Assembly: GCA_007376395.1 (NCBI GenBank)
Contig: VMGE01000007.1
Span: forward strand, 8,037-72,036
Reading direction: 5' to 3'
From: Microgenomates group bacterium Gr01-1014_5
Lineage (GTDB): Bacteria; Patescibacteriota; Microgenomatia; UBA8517; UBA10165
Length of the DNA stretch: 64,000 nt
Made by a program: the position numbers and the translations under genes. This document shows positions 58,901 to 63,328 of the stretch, piece after piece. Every line of letters starts with the position of its first letter. The stretch's first letter is position 1. The notes below the pieces were generated by a model. That model was given only the letters and a program-made list of their open reading frames with translations. It was not told the DNA's origin and made no database searches.

Positions 58901-60830
58901 AGATAACAACTGGAGTGTTACCGCGGCAGGAGTTGCAACTTTTGCTTCGTGTTCGGGATGCGGCAGTAGCGGACCTTGGAATAACATAACAGATCCAACC
59001 GGCACACAAACACTCGCTTTCGGTGATGCAGAGCTTACTGCGTGGACAACCGCTTCTGACACCGAAACATTCTTGACCATGACTGCCAGCGCATTAACCA
59101 CTGGCAAGATTTTGGATATTGCGACAAGCAACAATACCTTTACCACCGGAACACTTGTTAACATAGCTTCCACCTCCACCGCTCTGACCAGCGGTAAGTT
59201 CCTGAACATCAACAATGGCTCGGACATCTTCTCTGTTTCCAACACCGACTTTACTACCGCGCTTCCTGCCAACTTCACCGCTTCAGGCGACGTATCTATC
59301 GCTTACGACATCAACTTCACCAACCCAACAGCGTCTTATATCAAAAGTTCTGCTCCCCTCTCTATAGAAGCGGGAGAAACCTTTAATTCATCCAATTTGA
59401 CATTGAAAACGTACAATTCCGGACTTTTGAATGTGGACGCGGCAGGCGGATCACTCTTTACCAAAAGCGCGGGAACAGTTGCCTCGATTAACCGCACCAC
59501 CAGCGACGGTACTATTATAGATTGGCAACGGGACGGCGCATCAGTGGGTGTAATCTCTGTTGCTAGTGGTGTTCTTACTTATGGAACATTTACCGGTTCC
59601 CACTACGCGTGGACTGACGAAACAATTGAAAAAGGAATGCTGGTGAGCTTAACTGGAAACAATAGAAGCCTGAATAACAACAGTAATTCCGAAATACTCT
59701 ATGGCATTACGAAAACCCCTACTGCAAACGATTCAAAAATACTAGGTTCTTACCTAAGTATTCTTGAATCAGACCAACCCGCTTCAAATACCAATCCGCA
59801 CCTGGTTATGGCTGCCGGAAACGGCGATATGTGGGTAGCTGATTATGGGTCAAATCTGGAAAATGGCGACTACCTCATTTCTTCGGGCACGGCTGGACAC
59901 GCTATGAAGGACGACGGAACCTACAAACCGGCCTACATCATCGCCAGAGTCGCCCAGCCGGTTGACTGGAATGAGATTTCAGAAACAATTGACGACAATG
60001 GCACGCCAAGAAAACACGCCAGAATTTCCATTACTTTTGAAATGTACAAAGAAAATAACCTCACCGAGCTTTTTGCTTCTCTTGGTAGTTCGGTCGAGCA
60101 ATTACTCGCGCTCACCAGCACGATAACCAAAGACCTCGCGGGCAGAATACACATCCCGTCATTGATAGCTAACCTCATCCAAACCGACACGCTTATTTCA
60201 CCGGTTGTTGAAACAACCGAAATCAAGACCGGCGGCGCCGACTTAACTGTAAATTTGGCCAATCCAGCTTCTAACCTCCAACCTCCAACCTCTGCCTTTG
60301 GCAAGCTTCTTGTCAAAGGCAACCTCGAAGTTACCGGCGACGCCACTATTTCCGGAACCCTCTATGCAGATAAGATCAAAGCAAATCAAATCGAAGGGCT
60401 AACGGGTACGTTTAGCGAGCTCATCGCCTCACAGTCTGCAGTCCAAAATCTGGCGTTCGAGAGGGCTACCCAAACCACCCAATCGGTAGTTGAGCGTATA
60501 AGGGGACGCCTTGAACAACTGGAAGGCTCGGTTGCCGCCTCAGCCGCCAGCAGTCAGGCCAGACAACAAATTAAGGATATGCTAACAGAAACTGCTCAAA
60601 CTTCCCCGCTCTTGTCCTTTAGCCCCGGCACTTGGGACACTGCCGCGGCTACTGATTCGGCAAATTTGGCTTCCCTTGATACCCTTGGTACTCTTGATAC
60701 ACTTGCCACTCTCAACCTTGCCGGTGACTTTAACGTCTACGGCTCAACCCGCCTCTCAAACACTTTTGTCTATGACGGCGCAGTTACTATCGCGAACACG
60801 GCAACTAACGAATCTCTTTACATCCCTTGA
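43908..60830 (+). CDS. giant (5640-aa) membrane-anchored surface repeat protein: N-terminal SAM-like segment, one TM helix, then a Thr/Gly/Ser/Ala/Asn-rich beta-helix/fibre-like region with long internal repeats and a C-terminal coiled coil
   Basis: Single uninterrupted ORF. TM helix YFKVGLFTLTGLTAVALAFFLL at ~aa 150-172. Recurring modules (IGDGGDAITLSGTTITLTAN...DIQEG.NNY.N.GTLDAGA.MVFGNATTNPTFGF, ITGVAEGTASLTQTLGDHVITDGDLTLSGGEISATADDATGT.FSFT, GNVGIGDTTPDAFLEVLG...LRLTYTDGTVD). GC content is visibly higher than the flanking DNA. Confidence 0.8.
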   Translation: MSNLPNISPELLAKYQSEIENLHSSATIRRKMSSLGRFLRWGSANGHFPSAAAGVVVVSPSTGETTFTPPIKDVESFVKEAGNQATRKPGNPTTGKAEFWWEKNQGVGKLSTSENQQNGSGNQGVGFSAKAYFKVGLFTLTGLTAVALAFFLLKELPKGNKSVFVALSGFAQGLLGVSEGQNTSDSGGQETSTSGNQDTGTSDTPADGSTDTPTTDTQTSDTLTARILNLIGSDPLIRALGGPLLLNSLGITLKTDTGSDGNITLAPDGEGQVLLRSSTTSKDSFSVTNSNLTSGNLISGLVGHDGSNYNLFSLSSGSEPVERFTVDSHGNTVIGGTVQTGGQLTSPSVVTQQLSVERDISLTGNLLVGGVTRLNSAGRLASITGFYQDSGLFEIDQGSADSARITKYPTAAQGPSTADSVTYKVDESRTTNSAYDTLVLYRTGGTSSAYALDIRDGNLHVADNSTFDGDVTVSGTLTANINSSTLTAGALTVTGNTTMGGDLAINGGDLTSTASTFNFLTSNATTVNLATAATSLSVGASTGTTTVNNALTVTGAFTANGPVSLGDGDDTVTINGTTFTSTETSPITFNIADGIVDAWDLQEGTRNYINVNTTNTSEAVQFGNATTNPSFGFLGTGAVTIAGSAEGTNALVITAGDITATAGDINLNSSTPDIKTSATGTGSLFNANLTTLNIGGALTTLNIADSTTTKTIDIGGVTASGTDTINVATEGTLADVITIGNTNASTTLALTGGDDWNLAATGVLTLSASAAQTTAIVITDTDYTNALSIADNNITGTTYSLIGTAASIDFSEFDVSASTGSVTINDTADAGAFLVEGTNLDINSLDFVAAGTITAASGQGLTLSTTSADIALTTATSGNINLTTGAATGLANILTGNLKVGNGTPTVSLDGEDAYVEGTLEVDGATTLDGALTVAGTLTANGTVAIGDGGDAITLSGTTITLTANTSGNDITLNLTDNNADALDIQEGANNYLNVGTLDAGATMVFGNATTNPTFGFLGTGLITIAGAGAETNSLTLTTGNITLTDGDLTLSGGEISATADDTTGTSFSFTGVNTTGDTLGVTANSLSSGNALNIGVNSTGAASNTQKGLNIALSGTNSTTTQTTYGAHISNTHAGTLSTNVGLYATATGGTTANYAAIFEAGNVGIGDTTPDAFLEVLGITEQLRLTYTDGTVDSRFTVDSSGNLTINQTGTAGYVRIGDSGTPGVATGDDDLYVEGDLEADGTLTVAGAATFASSGSFDSLTVGGGYGATGVTISNAGAISANGALIVDSTSLLTGAVTITGVAEGTASLTQTLGDHVITDGDLTLSGGEISATADDATGTSFSFTGVSTTGDTLGITANSLTSGTALTIASTGTAFNGELLTLSKTGASGSTAFTSDIANVTYSQTFNGGVGLASTGNVLDVSRAIILDNAGNTHTISGALVALSSNGTQTAGTLTDTANVLSLTQSYASATGAVLSFANSGAGVDILGTSSTWQVTKAGAGTFASLSTGAGAISGGAGSFTTLTSSGASTIGTGSSLTNTFGSGASSINTIGAVTTPGALTLHGATTLDNTFTVSGSNLTSLGGNLTVTGTAWTATPTISGLITATSGLTANGTLTANTDVDFVFASTENFTIANTTAGAGDVLGLSFTSANSTDGIDIAFTDTADAAADTISGLNISLTSAADANDTLSAINIAALTGNTALEYAINIGSGWDTDINATTSLEIGIGGTNELTLTTTAFSPSTSDGSALGTGSLMWSDLFLANLSVINFNNGDVTITHATDALTIAGGAVTITGVAEGTASLTQTLGDHVITDGDLTLSGGEISATADDATGTNFSFTTGGLTTGTGLGVSTTASASTAFTGDTLSVSLSQNWTAASSPTNTGNILDLSRALTVGVAGQTVTQSGALAKLSSSGTETTGDIADSSNILLLEQNCGTGVTCSGAVLKITNSGTGADIALKNDETISNSTNGTIAFGADKLTLATAAVGGNLVTANYAGAATQTSALFGLNFDISTNVTVPNTASGNQTGLSLTVKDGGSSATAIGVNLAGTFDRGLDFSSSTISSGGSIIFNDTSSTIDLAAVADNVLEITNSLGTTANDNLITLEIDANTDASDKILLRVVSEVGGVEQTKFSVDSDGDVIAGGTFSAVEINCTDCLDFTDLEDTLDLDAALVLNQTTNTWSQTFTGDTTVGLTYTANSLTTGTAVRLTSSGTITTGGEILDLVGNGITTGNLVTGSTTALTSGSALSLTGPSAATVGITGSFVNLTSDVGASGKVLSSTATIDSTGVGAEAYNLYAATTNSNSTNTNTVNGIYSTLTDAVALGNTNYGIRSVLSNTGANTAGTKKAYGLYSNVTNTSAGIGGSAETYGGYFSVTPDTAGSATAYGLYVTTTAAADTSYGIDIEGAGNFTYDIDLQYDETISNATDGTIAFGVGGSAEVNLTATDLSPAVSDGNALGTTALMWSDLFLANLSVVNFNNGDVTLTHSTDLLTIAGGGVTFDGAVTANTDVDFVFAGNENATITNTTNTLGASGMLDLASTGSTTDTRTLDLSTTFSSTGATTSYGLYNAWTSSAVVTGASVSQTAYGSYNTAAKTGADDATGTYTLYGTYNTASNTGRTAVGTVNTYGGYFSATGDTAGTSSTYGLYSIALSGDTGYGLYIGDGTATTDYGIYQSATTDDNYFAGNVGIGDTTPDALLEINQGDMFFYGNTHGAAAGTDYNAFNNGIAFIDGNSGTGAGNYSSLITGVANGTWGADLQFITRAAAGGAATEKMRIRADGNVGIGDTTPAALFTVGNTDLFQVSSTGGAVTIAGVAEGTASLTQTLGDHVITDGDLTLSGGEIAATSDDATGTNFSFTTGALSTGLGIGIVSTSQAITSGGLLSGTLTSSSATGSFSGDIGLLSTSRTNATALQTLTDSGNILDLGRTTITNHASATTNVTGSILNISNIATQTLGTLTDSANLVVVTQDADATGALLHLVSNRSSTNYSLLIEQTSGGTDTLSLTDAGNLAILGDLTITGGNITSALTLDSTLTVTGTTTLNGIANIGDGGDAITLSGTTITLTANGVGNDITFNLVDNNADALDIQESTNNYINIGTLDAGAAMVFGNAGTNPTYSFSGSGAVTITGSAEGTASLTQTTGDHVITDGDLTLSSGEITATSDDTTGTSFSFSGTNQSGDLMGITANSLTTGTALSLSSTSTAGGASGVSKMIDINRTGTNAQLAHTAYGIYSAVSTGNVTSGTNIAGYFSASNATTANYGLIVENGSVGIGITAPATTLDIDSNSNTQNLRLRGTAGTTEIADMFIRASGALVLGTENTGAALAYVEIDPEDNEYGLILRDSNTGAGTSATYANLYTTDATVDYLNIVVGATTATAGLVIDDDNQVGINTVTPEFPLDVYTATDVYAVAFGDNTSSNSNLRIAGTAGGATGYGLIQMFQGNTTGGNLVLQSAAGSVGIGTTAPDAALEINHATGDSLRLTYNDSNGTAANYTDFSLSSTGALTLTGSAATLGASATAEKTFFTLTPGTITLTAPTAVTSLMETAVITGSTIAASAATTVNNAAGLSISAPIDSTNATLTTSSALRILDITSGAGTLTTQYGIYIDAPTGGATSNIGLYNAGTTTLVGAVTNAGGISGGAGSFTTLAASSTLAVTGDTTLTGDLAVNGGDLTTTATTFNLLNAMTGTLNFGGGVDTVNIGAAGGAATTINVVGAVAFSGSTGVGLSIATGGLTVTAGGATITAGNLGIGVAVNTAISARANSTALLTADQIGFYSDPIFTTAATTKGAGFLSSFRTAGSTTMTDGYGYLVESPAIGALSAITNFYGVYVKNQNSALITNAYGVYIAAQTTAVTTNIGLYNAGTTTLVGATYINDTSNANSTTGLTINQGASDDQIFALKSSDVLHGMTAVVETDTFAAFYKTSAGGGGLEIDSTTDADTEANRPAFLVQATSGVAADTTKTTSGRGVFEIRSGLVSGTGRADVGTNGSLMAVLNNATARFIIDAEGDTWQDGDVSLNGGDVTTAATTATLFNTTATTLSLGGGATTALNLGNGTSSYTAINLGAGAAAVNGINIGGTGANVIAIGNTQTAGSVAIGAAMTGGTITIGGTGLQTGTIALGTGTGAQAINLGTGGTGTKTVILGGLDGNSVTTINSGAGAINIGTAIGKTINIGNIGVTLNVTSGTGSQTYASSVATTATTSSAFVFTGNSLTTGTGSYFNSSSLTTGKLVDINTGSANTFTTGTLLNIASTSTALTSGKFLNISNGSDIFTVTNTDFTTSLPANFTSAGDVGIAYDINFTNPTASYIKSLAPLYIQAGESFASQDLTLKTYNQGSVVIDSSVTTGTGVNMTNIGLTTGTGMLLAHTTSVIAAGGSLARISSTGIDTSTTTGVLLDLSSTASTAGTQFLQTYSGLTTGIGQSIVANALTTGEAFIIPHTTSVIADGGSLARITSSSVDTGGATNGVLLDLASTGSTAGTQFLQTYSALTTGIGQSIVTNALAGGSALSLASSSTAFTGDMIAVTLSGSNAANTGNLLDLTNSGTSNTNTTAYIKHYATGTNNLAFRIDDVSGDTTPFAVDGTGSVGIGTTAPQGNLEIYNNTNAATTPLFSIRSDFNIIGNYGMIRFGDYTQTTAYQKGAIIYESVSGAARGKFHIALENTDGAGTVALTDARLTVLSSGAIGINDVTPDAFLEVLGTTEQLRLTYTDGTVDTRFTVGSGGDLTIDASTDGSGSETLTLTGFTTLTATGVAGSFDSLTVGGGYGSTGVTISNAGAISADGDAIIAGGQTTVGAGGAGAIGVSLGTTSLTAAQSSVLNLQGYGQENEWVGMGMYYSGSAWTAAAISAFQLQHSGSNFQIYGDASLTVGGTYTPTLRFTIAAATGNITSTGDLALNGGDLTTTATTATLFDTTATTLSLGGAATTLLNLGNGTGNYTAINLGSSTGTHTINIAGTGATGIDTINIGTGGTAADTINIGNGATANTIAIGSSSSTTVSITDNNWSVTAAGVATFASCSGCGSSGPWNNITDPTGTQTLAFGDAELTAWTTASDTETFLTMTASALTTGKILDIATSNNTFTTGTLVNIASTSTALTSGKFLNINNGSDIFSVSNTDFTTALPANFTASGDVSIAYDINFTNPTASYIKSSAPLSIEAGETFNSSNLTLKTYNSGLLNVDAAGGSLFTKSAGTVASINRTTSDGTIIDWQRDGASVGVISVASGVLTYGTFTGSHYAWTDETIEKGMLVSLTGNNRSLNNNSNSEILYGITKTPTANDSKILGSYLSILESDQPASNTNPHLVMAAGNGDMWVADYGSNLENGDYLISSGTAGHAMKDDGTYKPAYIIARVAQPVDWNEISETIDDNGTPRKHARISITFEMYKENNLTELFASLGSSVEQLLALTSTITKDLAGRIHIPSLIANLIQTDTLISPVVETTEIKTGGADLTVNLANPASNLQPPTSAFGKLLVKGNLEVTGDATISGTLYADKIKANQIEGLTGTFSELIASQSAVQNLAFERATQTTQSVVERIRGRLEQLEGSVAASAASSQARQQIKDMLTETAQTSPLLSFSPGTWDTAAATDSANLASLDTLGTLDTLATLNLAGDFNVYGSTRLSNTFVYDGAVTIANTATNESLYIP
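47041..47092 (+). repeat. 52-bp segment identical to 47871-47922 inside the giant gene (one of many internal repeats; related copies near 49330, 52390 and 53340)
   Basis: ctgatggagaccttactctctcaggtggtgaaatctccgccacggcggatga occurs twice verbatim. Confidence 0.8.
56630..56900 (+). repeat. ~270-bp internal repeat of the giant gene (paralogous copy at ~59140-59410, roughly 90% nucleotide identity)
   Basis: Encodes FTTGTLLNIASTSTALTSGKFLNISNGSDIFTVTNTDFTTSLPANFTSAGDVGIAYDINFTNPTASYIKS; the paralog encodes FTTGTLVNIASTSTALTSGKFLNINNGSDIFSVSNTDFTTALPANFTASGDVSIAYDINFTNPTASYIKS. Confidence 0.75.
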
Positions 60831-61363
60831 TTATCAATGGTGATGGTTTAGTACTAATTAACAATTTGACAGTTAACGGAACGCTCGCCGTCTCAACAAT
60901 TACGCCAAACGGCGGTGATTTGACCTTAGATCTTTCCCCCCAAAACCCTCAACTCCCTCAATCCGCCTTCGGCAGCCTTTTGGTAAAAGGCGCCGACGGC
61001 TCGACCGTCGCCTCAATTGACGCCTCGGGCTCGGCGACTCTGCGGAAGCTAATCATCGCCGCTCCCTCATTACCCTCAACTCCCTCAGCTCAAATCGCAG
61101 GCGAAGTCGCGAGCAACGCCACCGCCGGCCATGCAATTATCCCGGCTGGATACGCAGATTTGAAGATTTACAATAAGAATGTCACCAGCGATACTTTAGT
61201 GTATGTTACCGCCACTTCCCAAACCGGAAACCAGGTTATCTATGTCAAGAACAAAACAGCTCATACCGGAATAGTTGACGGTTATTTTACAGTTTCAATT
61301 GACCTTCCCTACGGCTCAGATATCGAATTTAACTGGTGGATAATAGATTTGAAGGAAAATTAG
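60827..61363 (+). CDS. 178-aa ORF with no ATG, in the -1 frame abutting the giant gene stop; homologous to the giant C-terminal region (possible continuation or TTG-initiated paralog)
   Basis: No Met codon anywhere in the ORF (TTG at 60827). NGGDLTLDLSPQNPQLPQSAFGSLLVKG parallels GADLTVNLANPASNLQPPTSAFGKLLVKG near the giant C-terminus. Confidence 0.4.
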   Translation: MIINGDGLVLINNLTVNGTLAVSTITPNGGDLTLDLSPQNPQLPQSAFGSLLVKGADGSTVASIDASGSATLRKLIIAAPSLPSTPSAQIAGEVASNATAGHAIIPAGYADLKIYNKNVTSDTLVYVTATSQTGNQVIYVKNKTAHTGIVDGYFTVSIDLPYGSDIEFNWWIIDLKEN

Positions 61364-61369
61364 TCAAAT

Positions 61370-61930
61370 ATGTCAAATTTGTCCAATAAGTCTAATTCTA
61401 ATGGAGGTTACCGCAACCTAGTTGCCTATCAACTAGCGGTGGTTATTTTCGACCTGAATGATCTTTTTGTTAAAAGCTATATCGATCCCCGCTCAAGAAC
61501 CAAAGACCAAATGGAACAAGCCGCGCGCTCCGGAAAGCAAAACATTGTCGAAGCTTCGCTTCTTCGCAGTCTGGAAGGGAATATCAAACTAACCGGCGTT
61601 GCGCGGGGAAGTTTTGGAGAGTTACTCGAAGATTACGAAGATTTCTTGAGAACTCGTGGCTTAAAACTTTGGGGAAAGGACGATCCTCGAGTTCTGGAAA
61701 TCCGAAGAATTCGGGTTTCCTCGAATAAGTCTAATTTGTCTAATTGGACTAATTCACCGGAGAGTTTTTGTAATTTGATGATCACTCTACTTCACCTTGA
61801 AAATTACCTTTTAGACCAGCTTTTAAGAAAGCTTGAGGAAAAGTTCGTTAACGAAGGCGGCTTCCGGGAAAACCTTTTCCGCCGCCGTTTAGAAAGGAAA
61901 TTTGGCAATGGTCTTACCGCCAGAAAGTAA
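61370..61930 (+). CDS. four-helix-bundle protein (Avd-like family), paralog of 31344-31928
   Basis: YRNLVAYQLAVVIFDL..., NIKLTGVARGSFGELLEDY, EGGFRENLFRRRLE. Confidence 0.5.
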   Translation: MSNLSNKSNSNGGYRNLVAYQLAVVIFDLNDLFVKSYIDPRSRTKDQMEQAARSGKQNIVEASLLRSLEGNIKLTGVARGSFGELLEDYEDFLRTRGLKLWGKDDPRVLEIRRIRVSSNKSNLSNWTNSPESFCNLMITLLHLENYLLDQLLRKLEEKFVNEGGFRENLFRRRLERKFGNGLTARK

Positions 61931-61937
61931 AACTATT

Positions 61938-62501
61938 ATGAAAAAGGCTAAAAATCCGAAAAATACCAACTATCAAATCGATATGTCTGGGAAAATTGAA
62001 CAAACTAATAAAGATACTGTATTGGCTTACTCAAACGCAGAGCAATATTCCGTTGCCATTCCTAAAAAAGTTAAAAGGCAAGTCCAGGAATTTTTCAGAC
62101 GCCAGGGGCTTACAAGGCTGTATGTTTATACCCTATTCTCTTTAGGAATTTTCTACCTATTAAAAAATATTAAAGGCAGGCACGACATAATCATAGATCT
62201 TGAGTATCCTGGAAGAGACAAGCTTATCAAAAGTCTCATAAAAGCATTCATGGAATCTCGCAATAGGGATATCTCTTACATAAAATTCTCACGAATCGGC
62301 AATCGGCCAAAGGCCCACTACGCTGCTAAAAATGTATTTGATAAAAAAGTGAAGCCGAACTATACAATTAAACTTGAAGATGTAAATAATGCACTAAAAA
62401 AGGCTGGTGGGCGTTTAAGAGAGTGTTTTTCAACTCTGGTCGACGCTCAGTCCCAGCCTATGACAAAAAGTATACCAAAAAAGAGGAATAAAGTCAAATG
62501 A
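61938..62501 (+). CDS. hypothetical protein X (one TM), first unit of a diverged tandem duplication
   Basis: Start taken at the ATG of MKKAKNPKN. Paralogous to 62788-63270 (both have YQID.SGK.EQT...TVLA). Confidence 0.4.
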   Translation: MKKAKNPKNTNYQIDMSGKIEQTNKDTVLAYSNAEQYSVAIPKKVKRQVQEFFRRQGLTRLYVYTLFSLGIFYLLKNIKGRHDIIIDLEYPGRDKLIKSLIKAFMESRNRDISYIKFSRIGNRPKAHYAAKNVFDKKVKPNYTIKLEDVNNALKKAGGRLRECFSTLVDAQSQPMTKSIPKKRNKVK

Positions 62502-62791
62502 AAAAGCTAATAAGTCAAGTCAACCCATTCAAGCCATTACTGGTTCTCTACCCTCTCCTTTGGAGGTTCGTTCCTGGCTTTAAAAAACTACCCATTATCC
62601 TCCAAAAAACTCTGTCGGCTGTTTTGTCTTTAACTATCACTATCACTAGCTTCTATTCACTGTCGTTTTTGTTTGCAAAAACGACGTCCGCTGCCTGGTT
62701 TGACGACTCCTGGTCTTACCGCCAGCGGGTGGACATCACCAACTCTGGTACCGCCCAAACCGACTATACTAATAAGAAAAGGCTCTTATGA
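62498..62791 (+). pseudogene. truncated DUF2341-type gene fragment (N-terminal 90 aa only), paralog of 63329->64000
   Basis: The N-terminus matches 63329 onward (PLLWRFVPGFKKLPIILQKTL...AAWFDDSWSYRQRVDITNSGTAQTDY) and then ends after TNKKRLL. Confidence 0.4.
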
Positions 62792-63270
62792 TCAATAGAA
62801 AAAGCAAAAAATACCAAATTGACCAGTCAGGGAAAGTCGAGCAAACAGAAAGACACACTGTTTTAGCTTGCACTAACGGCAATAGCATGACTATTCTTCT
62901 GAAGAAAACTGAAAAAAGAAAACTGCAGAGGCTTTTCAAAACCGTAGGTATTTCAAAGCTGTTCCCTTATCTTACTTTCACTGCACTATTAGCTATACAG
63001 ATTAAGGTTTTCAAGCCTAAGTATAAACTTATTATAGACAGGGAGTATCTGGGACACGAGAGTTTAATTGAGGATAAATTGAAGGCATATTTAGAGGACT
63101 TGGGAGTAAAACAAACTGTGCATATTGAATTTAGCCATGTTGGTAAGTTATCAGCTGCTCATAATTTAGCCTATCTTGTAGCAATAGGTAGGAAGAAACC
63201 GGACATTACAGTTGGGGCTCAAGAGGTAATGAAGGTAATTTTAGGCACAAAAAAGATCGGAACCGTTTAA
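62788..63270 (+). CDS. hypothetical protein X' (paralog of 61938-62501)
   Basis: 160-aa ORF. Confidence 0.4.
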   Translation: MINRKSKKYQIDQSGKVEQTERHTVLACTNGNSMTILLKKTEKRKLQRLFKTVGISKLFPYLTFTALLAIQIKVFKPKYKLIIDREYLGHESLIEDKLKAYLEDLGVKQTVHIEFSHVGKLSAAHNLAYLVAIGRKKPDITVGAQEVMKVILGTKKIGTV

Positions 63271-63328
63271 CTCAGGAATGGATACCTGGCGATCGACGAT
63301 CTACCGACCTATGAAAGAAATATAGCAT

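Noticed and set aside
43952-60346. Dozens of 60-330-aa ORFs on the minus strand and in alternative frames inside the giant gene (e.g. 48317-49300, 56480-57127, 44011-44598)
   Set aside because: They are an artefact of the GC-richer, repeat-driven composition of the giant gene (few stop codons antisense to GGN/GCN/ACN-rich coding). They translate to low-complexity Pro/Val/Ala strings, and the +strand ORF is a single 16.9-kb uninterrupted frame.
43908-61930. Calling the giant gene plus downstream Avd-like gene a diversity-generating retroelement
   Set aside because: No reverse transcriptase ORF and no recognisable template/variable repeat pair in the window; kept only as a question in the findings.
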